Below, piece after piece: positions 13,412-25,400 of a stretch of DNA of 50,686 nucleotides. The notes beneath the pieces were generated by a model, which saw only the letters and a program-made list of their open reading frames with translations, was not told where the DNA came from and made no database searches. A program made the translations under genes and the position numbers. The stretch comes from Chiloscyllium plagiosum (lineage: Eukaryota). The stretch's first letter is position 1. Each line of letters starts with the position of its first letter. The DNA is taken from positions 5,426,438-5,477,123 of the forward strand of contig NC_057750.1 in assembly GCF_004010195.1 (NCBI RefSeq), written 5' to 3'.

Positions 13412-14500
13412 AGTCATAGAGTCATAGAGATGTACAGCACGGAAACAGACTCTTCAGTCCAACTCATCCTTGCCGACCAGATATCCCAACCAATCTAGTC
13501 CCACCTGCCAGCACCTGGCCCATATCCCTCCAAATCCTTTCTATTCACATACCCATCCAGATGCCTTTTAAATGTTGCAATTGTACTTGCCTCCACCACT
13601 TCCTGTGGCAGCTCATTCCACACCCGCATCACCCTCTGTGTGAAAAAGTTGTCCCTTAGGTCTCTTTTATATCCTTCCCCTCTCACCCTAAACCTATGCC
13701 TCTAGTTTTGTACTACTCCATCCCAGGGAAAAATACTTTGTCTATTTTTCCTATCCATGCCCCTCATGACCTCTATAAGGTCATCCCTCAGCCTCCGACG
13801 CTCAGGGAAAACAGCCCTAGCCTATTCAACCTCTCCTTATAGCTCAAATCCTCCAACCCGGGCAACAGGGTTGTAAATCTTTTCTGAACCCTTTCAAGTT
13901 TCACAATATCTTTCAGATAGGAAGGAGACCAGGATTGCACTCAATATTGCACCAGTGGCCTCACCAATGTCCTGTACAGACGCAACATGACCTGCCAACT
14001 CCTGTACTCAATACTCTGACCAATAAAGGAAAGCACACCAAATGCCTTCTTCACTATCATATCTACCTGTGACTCCACTTTGAAGGAGCTATGAACCTGC
14101 ACTCCAAGATCTCTTTGTTCAACAACACTCCCAAAGACCTTACCATTAAGTGTATAAGTCCTGCTAAGATTTGCTTTCCCAAAATGCAGCACCTCACATT
14201 TATCTAAATTAAATTCCATCTGCCAGTTCTCAGCCCATTGGCCCATCTGATCAAGATCCTATTGTAATCTGAGATAACCTTCTTTGTTGTCCACTACACC
14301 TACAATTTTGGTGTAATCTGCAAACTTACTAACCATATCTCTTATGCTCACATCCAAATCATTTACATAAGTGATAAAATAGTGGACCCAGCACCGATCC
14401 TTGTGGCACCCCACTGGTCACAGGCCTCCAGTCTGAAAAACAACCCTCCACCACCACCCTCTGTCTTCTACCTTTGAGCCAGTTCTGTATCCAAATGGTT
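13412..14500 (-). mobile_element. CR1 LINE 3' fragment
   Basis: WQMEFNLDKCEVLHFG...RPLVQY, FFTQRVMRVWNELP; CTATGACT tail at 13412-13428. Confidence 0.88.
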
Positions 14501-15299
14501 AAAACGAAAATGAGGAGAAATCTTTTCTTTCAAAGAGTATTGAATTTTTGGAACTCACATCACCAGACAGCAGTGGAGGCAACGTCATTGAATATATTTT
14601 TAAGGCAGATGTGAATAGATATTTACCTAACAAAGGGATCAGTGGTTTTCAGAAATGATCCAAAGTGGATGGCTGAGGTCACAATCAGATCAACCACAAT
14701 CTTATTGGATGGCAGATCAGGCTAGAGGGGCTGAATAGCTTTTTCCCCACGCCTAATTCATTATTTTCTTGTTATTGATTAAGATGCTCCTTAAAACTTC
14801 ACCAAGCTTCTGGTCATCTGTCCAAATATCTCCTGGTGTGGCTCTGTGTCCCATTTATTCTCATGTTGTTCCTCTGAAGCCTGCTTGGATATTTCATTCC
14901 AGTACAGACACTATCTAAATGAAGTAGAGAGTATGGTGCTGCAAAAGCACAGCAGGTCAGGCAGCATTCGAGGAGCAGGAGAATCGACGTTTCGTGCATA
15001 TGCCTGAATGCTGCCTGACCTGCTGTGCTTTTGCAGCACCATACTCTCAACTCTGATCTTCAGCATCTGCAGTCCTCATTTTCTCCTGAATGAACACAAA
15101 ACCAAAACATCATGGATGCTGGAGATATGATAGAAAGGGGGAAAAAAGGCTAGAAATCACAGGTGGTCAGGCAGCGTCAGTGAAATGGAGTTAACATTTT
15201 AGGTTGATGACCTTTCATCAGAACTGCGGAGAGATAGAAGTCTAAGGGTTTTTAAGTCAGCGGGAGATGATGGTGAGAAGGGGCAGGAAGTACAAAATG

Positions 15300-15640
15300 G
15301 TGACATTGTGATACTATCCATGGGTAATAATCTGTGGGCCCTAAGCTCTGGGGACACAGGTTCAAATCCCATCATAACAGCTGATGGAAGTTAAATTCAA
15401 TCATTAAACCCGGAACTGAAAACTAGTCTTAGTGATGGTGACCATGACAACCATCAACAGTTGTAAAAACCAGTCAGGTTCACTAATGCCCTTTGGGAAA
15501 GCAAATTGGCCATCTTTACCCCATCTGGACCTACATGTGATACGGCTGACTTTTAATTGCCCTCTGAAATGGCCTTGGACGCCACTCTGTTTAAGGACCA
15601 ATTAGGGACGGGAAGCACTTGACACCTACATCCCATGAAA
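15300..15640 (+). mobile_element. Second SINE family (tRNA-like head, CCTACATGTGACTCCAGACC core)
   Basis: GGTTCAAATCCC B box. The same core recurs at about 6070-6215(-), 7615-7710(-), 16130-16680, 22110-22250, 24350-24650(-), 35560-35860. Confidence 0.65.
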
Positions 15641-16939
15641 GGATAAACAAACAAAACGAGAAAAAGCTCTGCGATCAGGAGGGGGGCAGGTGAGATTAAG
15701 CAACAAAGTTTTCTTGATGCAGCAGCCAAAAACAAATGAAATGAAATTGGTATTAAAATGAGGAATTAACAACTTGTGATGATGCTGCTCCTTTAACAAG
15801 GTTATGTTGTCCTTGATATTTTTCAGAGATGTCATAAAAGACACAGACTCCGAAAAGTCTAAGTTGAAGTCCAAGATGAAAGCTTAGGCTGAGTTGACCT
15901 ACTCACAGGTCCGACTCCTGTAGTCCCTTGGAAGGAACCTTCCCCAGTGTTGTTATTATAAGGGGGCATGTCACTTCTTATCATAACCCACGCACCAATC
16001 AATTTGGGAACAGGAAGGTGGAACTGAGATGAGGAAGGTTGTTAAGAAGGAAATCCCACCCTTCAGCCATCAACCTCACACCCAACTAGTTTAAGAATCA
16101 AAGGGTGGAGTGGGGTGAGGAACAGCATTAAGGTGGTGGTGCCAGAGATGACAGGCTGTTGACCAGGAGGCATGGATTTAAATCCCACTGCATCAGTTTC
16201 AAATTCCTTAACAAATCTGGAGTATAAAATACACCATCAGCGATGGTGCGCATGATAACCATCATTGATCATAACAAACCAAAAGAGAAAATGCTGGAAA
16301 ATCTCAGCAGGTCTGGCAGCACCTGTAAGGAGAGAAAAGAGCTGAAGTTTCGACTCTTTGACAAAGGCTCAATTAGACTCGAAACGTCAGCTCTTTTCTC
16401 TCCATACAGTGCTGTCAGACCTGCTGAGATTTTCCAGCATTTTCTCTTTTGGTTTCAGATTCCAGCATCCGCAGTAATTTGCTTTTATTTTGGTCGTAAT
16501 AAAACCCATCTGATTCACTAAGTCCTTTAAGGAAGGGATTTGGTCATCCTTTTCCTGTGTGACCTACATGTGACTCCAGACCCACAACAATGTGGTTGAT
16601 GCTTATATGCCCTCTGTCATGACCCTTGCAAGCCACTCGGTTCAAGGGTAATGAAGGGTGGACCATAAATACCCACATTGTGTGATGTCGACGTGCCGGC
16701 ATTGAACTGGTGTGAACAAAGTCAGAAGTCACATGACACCAGGTTATAGTCTGATAGGTTTATTTGAAATCATAAGCTTTTGGAGTGCTGACACTTCACC
16801 TGATGAAGGAGCAGTGCTCTGAAAGATTGTGAATTCATATAAACCCAACGGACTATAACCTAGTATCGTGTGACTTCTGACATTGCGTGAGACATTTAAA
16901 ACTTCTCTTGACATCATAACATGAAACCAGATATTTGTT

Positions 16940-19402
16940 GGTCATTTTTCAATATTATTTATTGTAAAAAAATAAATTTTATAAGACATTATATACAAAT
17001 GTGTATGAAACAAGTCACTTCCCACACAACTTAAAACATTCCAAAAAGCAGCAACAGAATAAAGTATTTCAGCTAATTACATGGGCATGGCTCACCAATA
17101 CCCTTCTTTCTCGAATTGGGGAAATTATGAATATGGTGTTAGATTATTTTCCCCATGTTATTGCATCAATCTTTCTCCCATCCTATCTTGTTCCTTCAGC
17201 ACTCTCAACGGTTGAAATGAAGATTTGCAAAATATTGTCTCCTCTAGTTTGGGTGGGGAGGTGACCCCTAGCTCTAACACTTTGCGCTTTCAAGAGGACT
17301 CTGGCTCCCATCCTGCCTGGGAGTGAGAGTGATTCCATCATACAGATGGCAAGAATCTTGATAACAATGGGTCTTTGTCACCTCCTGGCTTCGTTCTGTT
17401 GCTTCACGGGTGCATGTTGAAATCCCTAGCCTCGTTTTACACTCCCACTTATTTGTCCCTAGGTTTACCTCCAGTAGCTTGCCACTCCTGAAAGAAACAT
17501 ATTTATATAGTGCAGAGTGGAAAACACCTGGTCAAGATTTCAATTGTAGGGAAGGCTAGATGGAATACCACCATTTCTTCTGTAGTCCCAACATGTTAGA
17601 GCTATAGGTAGTCAATTGGCATTTGCTGCAGCTCGGATACAATAGGGTCCAAATTCATTTTTGGGTACAATGCTTGTCCAATTTACCATTGCCCATTCCA
17701 TTCTACCATCTGAACATGAATTTACACCAACCAGGAGGGATAGGTACAAGGAGGGTATATCAGAGTCCACTAATGGACCCTGGCACTCCATAGGGCCTAC
17801 AATGCTAGGGTCGAGACCTGGACTGCTGTGCTCAGGTCAAAAAGCCAGGGGCCTCTGCTAGGGGTGGCACTCTTGATTTCTGCCACTGTCAGTGACAGTG
17901 CCTGAAATTGGCATCATAAATACAAATAAAGATACATCAAAACATCATCCCTTTCTCCATAAATGTTTACATAATCCACAATATCTACTTGGTATGGTCA
18001 GGTACAAGTCCACAGTGAGTTATTAGTTCATCCCAATCCTCAATACCCAGGATATGAATGAAAGGATTTGTATCCATTCTGCCCGTGATCAGCTGTTGAA
18101 GCAATTTGCCAAATGCGATGTACATGTGGGTATTCAGAGTTGATAGTGATCCAGAGGGGAGAGTTTGCACAAAGAACCTGGCATAGCACCAACTCAATGA
18201 TTTATTGCAAAAGGGCCTATGTGAAACAAGACCACAATAAGGTCCATGAGCACATTGGTGGGTTTGACATGACATTTGGGAGAACTGGTATAATTAATGT
18301 TGCCATAACATTGAGATTGTCACTGCATCTGTCCCCTGCCTATCCACCATGAAGTTAAACTCTCGGGAAGAAGTCAACAAAGTGAAGCTATGTCATTGTC
18401 ATTCAGGCTTCAGTCCCACTCGCTGTGGGGCTCACCCCTAGCCTGAGCAGTGCTTCCTATTGAGAGATCCTCAGGTGAGAGGGGAGCTTAGCATCATAGG
18501 CCGAGGAGAAACTGGGTTCAGGCATTTCAGCTTCAGTTCCTGTACTATCTCCCTCTCAAGTCAACAGCAAAGGGTGTGATCTCAAGATGAGATTTGAACC
18601 CATCGACGACAAGATACCTTCTGGATTTTTGCACCATCCAGTAATGTTGGCCTTGCATTCATACCATGTCGCAGTGCAATCTCTCACTCAACCTAGGGGC
18701 CCCCTAAGTGGGCCTGGCTGGAGTTAAAGCACCCCCAGGTAACAGTCTCTCTTCTCATCAGTTTATGTGTATAGACTAAACTTTGAGTTCAGTGATACTA
18801 AAAAATAAATGGCCCAGCCCCCTCCCATGGGGTTATTTCTCAAACCATGTGTATGTCATGAGTTAGGCAGGAATCACCACTGGTCAATGGTTCATAGCTT
18901 CAGCCAGGACAAGTGGGAACAAAGAGATGATGTCCCATTCCCCACGACATATTAGCAATAAGCTAAATGAAGTTAACATGCTTCTCTTGCTCCTGTCCTG
19001 ACTGTGAGAAGCAAGGGCAAGGGGGAATGTCCCAGTATTTCTGTCCTCTAGTTCCTAAGTTCATGTGTAAGCTCCTGTCCCATTACTGCCCGGGCTGGTC
19101 CTTCACATTCCCCAGTTTCCTCATTTTCCACTAACATTTTCAACAGTATCTCGCAAAGTGCTGGTTTTTTAAGTTACAGTGAGCTCCACATGATACAGTC
19201 AGCATCCCGACTTATGGTGACTCATCCTCCAAGTGGCTAGATCTCCCGAGGATCTGTGGAAGGATGGGGTCGGTCTGTGGGCCATGGGGTGAGGAAAGGT
19301 CACTGCTGTACGTATACTCTGTTTGTAAGTTCCTCTTCAATAACACAATCATTGTTTCAGTTGGAACATAAGTTGATGATCAGCTTTGAGTGTCTTCAGT
19401 GA
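16940..19402 (-). other. Probable 3'UTR of the IkB-alpha-like gene with poly(A) signal
   Basis: About 2.45 kb without recognisable interspersed repeats, ending in a U/A-rich block: AATAAA (minus) 16958-16963, ATTTA 16973-16977, Pumilio-type TGTATATA 16990-16997. Confidence 0.6.
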
Positions 19403-19453
19403 TCAATGGAGGGAATGGCCTCTGATTTGAAGATCATCGTAGTCTAGAGGCAT
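19403..19453 (-). CDS. NFKBIA: IkB-alpha-like exon 6 (last coding exon)
   Basis: cttcctttcttacag|MPLDYDDLQIRGHSLH*, resembling human LPYDDCVFGGQRLTL*; TGA at 19403-19405. Confidence 0.85.
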   Translation of the reverse strand: MPLDYDDLQIRGHSLH

Positions 19454-22400
19454 CTGTAAGAAAGGAAGAAGGGTCAGTATGTTTTCTTACCATTCTTGCC
19501 CTGTATTTTCTTCCTCCCCTGAGGATGCTATAGCTACTGTTCTAGTTTTTATCAGGTAAGAGTATGAAGGATTATAGAATCAAGGTGGCTAAATGGTATT
19601 AAATATGTGCAGAACAAGCTTGAGGGGCTGAATGGCCACTTCCCTTTTTCACATTCCACAAATGCTTCTTTCGGCACCTCAACCAAGTGGCTAGTCCTTA
19701 CATTTGAGCTGAAATGAGGGACTGTCCAAATGTTTCGCCCTTACTGGCCACTTAACACTGTGTGCCATGGTCATGTGAAAGGGGAAATCCCTATGATCAC
19801 AGGATGGTTTCGTGTAGGAGGGTTTTTACCCCATCTAGTCTGTCCCAGCTCTCTGCAGGCGCAACTCACGTAATGTCCTTTCCCTTCCTTTGCGTCTACC
19901 CCCAGCACACTCTTCGGGGATGCATCCTAAATCCTATCCACTCTCTGTGTAAGGATTATTTTCCTCATATGGCCATCAATTCATTTGTCAATCTCCCGTG
20001 TCATCTCGTTCTCGATTCTTCTACCAATGGGACCAGTTTCTCTCTGTCTACTTTTTCCAGTTCTTTCATGAATTTGAATACCTTGATCAAATCTGCTCTG
20101 ACCCTTCTCATTTCCAAGGAGGATAGACCCAATCTATCCAGGTTAAGTCCTTCCTATGTTGTCTCTAATTGACAAATCGCTGTGTGCAGACTCTCTGAGC
20201 AACTTTGCAGTTGGGAAGTATAAGTCCCTCATCCCTGGAAACAATCTCATGTATCTTTTCTGATCTCTCAAACACCCTCACTCATCACTGACTTGGCAAC
20301 TCATCAGTCAGTTAGTTATTCAATTAGTTAGAGAGAGCTAATTCCAAGTCTTAACTTCTACATAAGTTAAGCTGCTAGAACAAGAATCTGGATGTTCTAA
20401 TTTAGAATTGATCCTGCGCTGTGGTAACAATAGCCAGAATGGATCTTATTTAGACCCAAGATAGTCGAACTATGACAAATCTCCAAGTCGGAAATTGAAG
20501 AAGTGTGGATATGGTTGGGGCAGATTGTTAAGATTCAATCTGTGGTTGAGGTCCTGACTGTGCATTGTAGGTTTGTCCCACCTCACCTTCACCCAATGCT
20601 TGTACTCACAAGAAAATTAAGCACAACATTTAGGCCCGACCCACCACTGCTAGCACTGGGTGTGTTGTATTGCAGTAGGCACTGTCTTTAGGCTGAGGTG
20701 TAAAACTGAGGCCGTGTATGCCGTCTGAGGTGGTGTTAAAAATCCCACAGTTGCCCTTTCAAGGAAGATCATTGGAGTTCTCCCTGGTCACCTGGAGCCA
20801 ATGACCCTCAAGTAACACCACAACAACTTCAATCTGGTTGTCTCCAAATTGCCATTTGTGAGATTTTGCTGTCATCATCTTGTCTGCCTGTTTCCATTCA
20901 TTACAAAGGTCACTTCAAAAGTGCTTCAATGGCTATAAGGGACTTTGAAAGACAGAAAGGCTTGCATATATTTCTTGCCTCACATGACCTAAGGACATCT
21001 CAAGGTACCTTACATCCCACAAAATACTTTGGAACTTCCCAAGATTGTGAATGGCGACATAAAAATGCAATACCTTATTACGCTTGCTCTCTGAAGTGGG
21101 AGCCATGTCAGCCATGATCTAATTGAATGGCAGAGCTGGCCTGAGACAGGAGATGCTGAATGGCCTCCCACTGCTCTGATTTGCCCTCTCCCGACGCTTG
21201 CCTCATGCAGACGCATGTTATTTTTGCGAACCCGCGGTAGAGAGGCTCACCTCGCAGTCTGACCGGGCATCCCACTCTGGCTCAGACTCGGAATCAGAGG
21301 ACTCATACAGCGGGATCATCGAGGAGTTGGTGAGCTGAGAAAGCTGCTCCCGGATCTGGAGGTCCGGCCGGCCTGCTGTCAGGTGGAAGGCCGTGCAGCT
21401 GTTGTACATTAACCGGTTGACATCCACGCCCCGCTCAATGAGGAGCTGAACCACCTCCCGATGCTGAAACTCCACCGCCAGGTGCAGGGGTGTCCTCCCA
21501 CTGTTTGGTTCCTGTCAGCACAGCCACAGGGACAAGGTCACGGCTTATTCCAAGTACAATTCAAAAGGACATTAAAAAAAAAACTTTCCTCCAATTTGAT
21601 CCCTTCCACCTCAACCTACAATCAGCACCTCACGAGGCCAGAATGTTTTGTGGGATCTTGCTAAGTGTAAAATGGCCTGCCCTTGAAAAGGCAGTTACCA
21701 TCCTGATGATGAGAGGAGTTCTCCCCAATGTCTTAGTGCCAAAATTTATCCCTCAACCTATTTAAGAATGAAAGGAATAGGAGCAGGAGTAGACCACTCA
21801 GCCCCTCGTGTTCGCTTTGGCATTTAGTACAATCACGGCTGATCTCGGGACTTCAACTCCGTCTCTGATCCTCTCCCCACATTCCTCGATTCCCCAGGAG
21901 GTCAAAGCTCTGCCTGCAAATGAACAATCTGCTCATTCTCGCTCATTATTCTGTGTCACAGCTTGTTGTGCACCAGCTGGCTGCCAGGTTTTCTACATTT
22001 CAACAGTGACTGCACAAACTTGAAAAAAAATTCTTAATCGGAATGTTCTGAAGTTGTACTAGGTGCTATAGAAACGGGGACAATAGCATAGCGACAATGT
22101 TTGTGACCTTTCAATCCAGACTCCAGATCCACAGCAATGTGGTTGACTCTTAACTGCCCTCTGAAATGACTTAGAGAGCCACTCAGTTCAAGGGCAATTA
22201 GGGATGGGACCCTGACCTTGTCAGTGATGCCCATACCCTCAAGAACAATAAACAAAGTATTAATTTTTCCAGAAGGATTGACTGTAACCCATAGTATTGT
22301 GTAGGTAACACACACACTCATATGAGCTATTGTGGCACAGTGTGTACTGTCCCTAAACTTGATCCAAAAGTCCTGGGTTCAAATCCCACTCCACAACATC

Positions 22401-25400
22401 ATGGCCAAGAAAGGCGTGTCTGTGTAAATCCTTCCAATGCACACCAATGGCGGCTAGTAAGAGCAGGACAGATTCCTGTTCAACTGTGTGATGTAAAAGA
22501 CATTGGAGCCTCTCCCATCACTATCTCTAGCTCCAGTCGACAATATGCACATAAAAAAGTTAATGAGTCGACATCAATTTGGATCCTCTGAGGCTTTGAT
22601 CTGTAACACCACCACAGCTTGGAAGGTGAGTGGGAAACATACCTATAAGATTATAAGAAATAGGAGCAGGAGTAGACCACTTGGCCCCTTGAGCCTCCTC
22701 TACTGTTCAATAGCATCAATGGCTGACCTGACATTCCTCACATCCACTCTCCTGCGTTTTCTTTACTGATCAAGAATCTATCTATCTCAGCCTTAAATAT
22801 ACACAAGAACTCTGCCCCCACAGCTCTCTGTTGGCAAGGAGTTCCAAAGACTCCAGAGAAGAACTTCCTTCTCATCTCAGTCTTAAATTTGCACCCGTTT
22901 ATTCTGAGATTATGCCCTCTGGTCCTAGACCTTCCCACGAGGGAAATATCCTTTCAGCATTTACCCCGTCAAGCCCCAACAGAATCCTGTATGTTTCAAT
23001 GAGATCACCTCTCATTCTTCTAACTCAAGTGAGTAGGGTCTTACCTGAGCATTAATGTTGGCTCCTGAAGCTAGCAATCGCGCCACTGTTTCACAGTCTC
23101 CTTTCATTGCTGCGATGTGAAGACATGTGTGACCTGTGGTGGAAAAAAATCAGTGTTTAATACTCAACTCACATGAGGTACGGTCAAGCCTTGCTCCTGT
23201 CTACAAATTCCCCAATGAGCAAGATCGAAACTCCAGGTCAGGATGTTACTTCCCTAGGTTGTGCTGAGTGAATGAACTCAATCTGGGCATTCACTTGGTC
23301 TCAGTGCCTCAAGGAGAGTTAAGTTGAGTTGCCTGATGATTACCTATGGGCAGCACGGTGGCTCAGTTGTTAGCACTGCTGCCTCACAGCACCAGGGATC
23401 CAGGTTGAATTCCAGCCTTGGGCGACTGTCTGTTCTCACATTCTCTCTGTGTCTGCATGGGTTTCCTCCGAATGCTGTTCTTTGCTCCCACAGTCCAAAG
23501 ATGTGCAGGTTAGGTGTGTTGGCCATACTAAATTGTCCATAGTGTTCAGGGATGTGCAGGCTAGGTGCCTTAGTTAGGGGTAAATGTAGAGTAATAGGGT
23601 AAGTGAATGGGTCTGGTTGGATTACTCTTCAGAGGGTCGGTGTGGCCTTGTTGGGTCGAATGGCCTGTTTCCACACTGTATGGATTTTATGATAACAGCA
23701 AGTGTGTTTCCCGCCATGCACAACTCAGGCAAGGAGAGGATCAGACTTGAATGTGATGCTCCTACTGTTGAATAGTCTGAACACTGTATAGGATCAGACA
23801 TGAGGAACAGTAGGCTGGGTGGGCAAGTGAAGAGCAAACACTACCTATCCCAATCCCTAACTTCATCATATCCCAGAACTATTATACACACCAGCAAGGA
23901 GTCATGGATTTACACAGAATGTCTGTTGCAGAATAAGGTCATTTAATCCAATGTTTTTGTCCTGATGTTTATGCCCCATACAATTCACCTCCCATTCCAC
24001 CCTTCTCATCTCAGACCTTAACAGCTCATTTTATCACTTTTTCTTTCATGAGGTTCTCTGGTTTCACTTTTGAATGCATCCAATCCATTTGCCTCTATCA
24101 CATTCCAACCATTCTTTGAGTATAGAGGTTTCTCATTATTTCCACAGCGTATTTAATAATGACTGCCTTAAATGTTTGCCTCCCAGTTTTGGAATTTCCC
24201 TTAAGCAGAAACATTCTCTCCACTGTCCAACACATACTATAAACCTCCAGCTGGTATTCTCTATATTCCATAGAGAAATAACCAAACCTATGTAATCCTC
24301 CCAACAGCTACAATTCCTCAGCTTACTCATGCATGGGATGATTGTGTCCACTGGCATGGGCAGGATTTGTCACCCATCCTATGAACTGAGTGATTTGTTC
24401 AACTGTTTCAGAGGGCAGTTAAGAGTCAACCACATTGTCTGGGTCTGGAGTCACATGTAGGCCAGACCAGGTAAGGATGGCAGATTCCTTCCCTAAAGCA
24501 CATTAGTGAACCACAGGGGTTTTTCCAATAATGATTGATTCACAGTCATCCTTACTGAGACTAGATTTTAACTCCAGATTTTATTAATTGAATTTTAACT
24601 CCACCAGATGCTATGATGGGACTTGAACCCATGATTTCATTGCATTAGCCTTGACCTAAGCAGTGCGGTGGCTCAGTGGTTAGCATTACTGCCTCACAGT
24701 GCTAGGGACCTGGGTTCGATTCCATCCTTGGGTAACTGTCTGTATTGAGTTTACACATTCTTCCCATGTCCGCGTGGGTTTCCTACTGGTGCTCTGGTTT
24801 CCTCCCACAGTCCAAAGATGTATGGGTTAGGGTGTATTGGCTATGATAAATTGCCCATAGCATCTAGGGCTGTGCAGGCTAGGCGGATTGGCCATGGGAA
24901 ATGCAGGGTTACAGGAATGGGGGAGGAGGATTGTGTCTGGGTGGGATGCTCTAGAGGGGGTCAGTGGAGACTCGATGGGGCAAATGGCCTGCTCCCATAC
25001 TGTAGGGAGTCTATGACCTAGGTTACTCATTCAGTGACATTCCCACTATATCACCATCTCTTTGTTCTTGCACTTTCTCCAGTGTTGCCATGTAAAATTC
25101 CCTTTAAGATTTAGTTGCTGTGCACAGTTCATTTATTTGCATTGGGCTCCTTGAAATGCATGGCTGCTCAAATGGATTATTTCATTGCAGAATCAGGTCT
25201 GGATAAAACCCTTCGCTGTGCACACCCATGCAGCTTGGTGGCACCCACGCTGTAGGCCCTTCCAATCGTATAGAGACCAAGACTGTGCAAGTGGGAGAGA
25301 GCTGGTGAGAAAGGAGGATGGTCATTAAGCCTTATCATGGCGTTACTCATGCATTGCTGTAACATGTTCAGCTGGGTTAGTGGGCGAGTCAAAGAGTGTG

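Noticed and set aside
17600-18352. Open frames inside the presumed 3'UTR (e.g. 17985-18275)
   Set aside because: No recognisable domain or splice context; lengths are compatible with chance.
23348-23420. tRNA-like sequences (also 24660, 38100, 50071, 8365-8640, 22330)
   Set aside because: SINE heads with pol III boxes, followed by SINE body; not tRNA genes.
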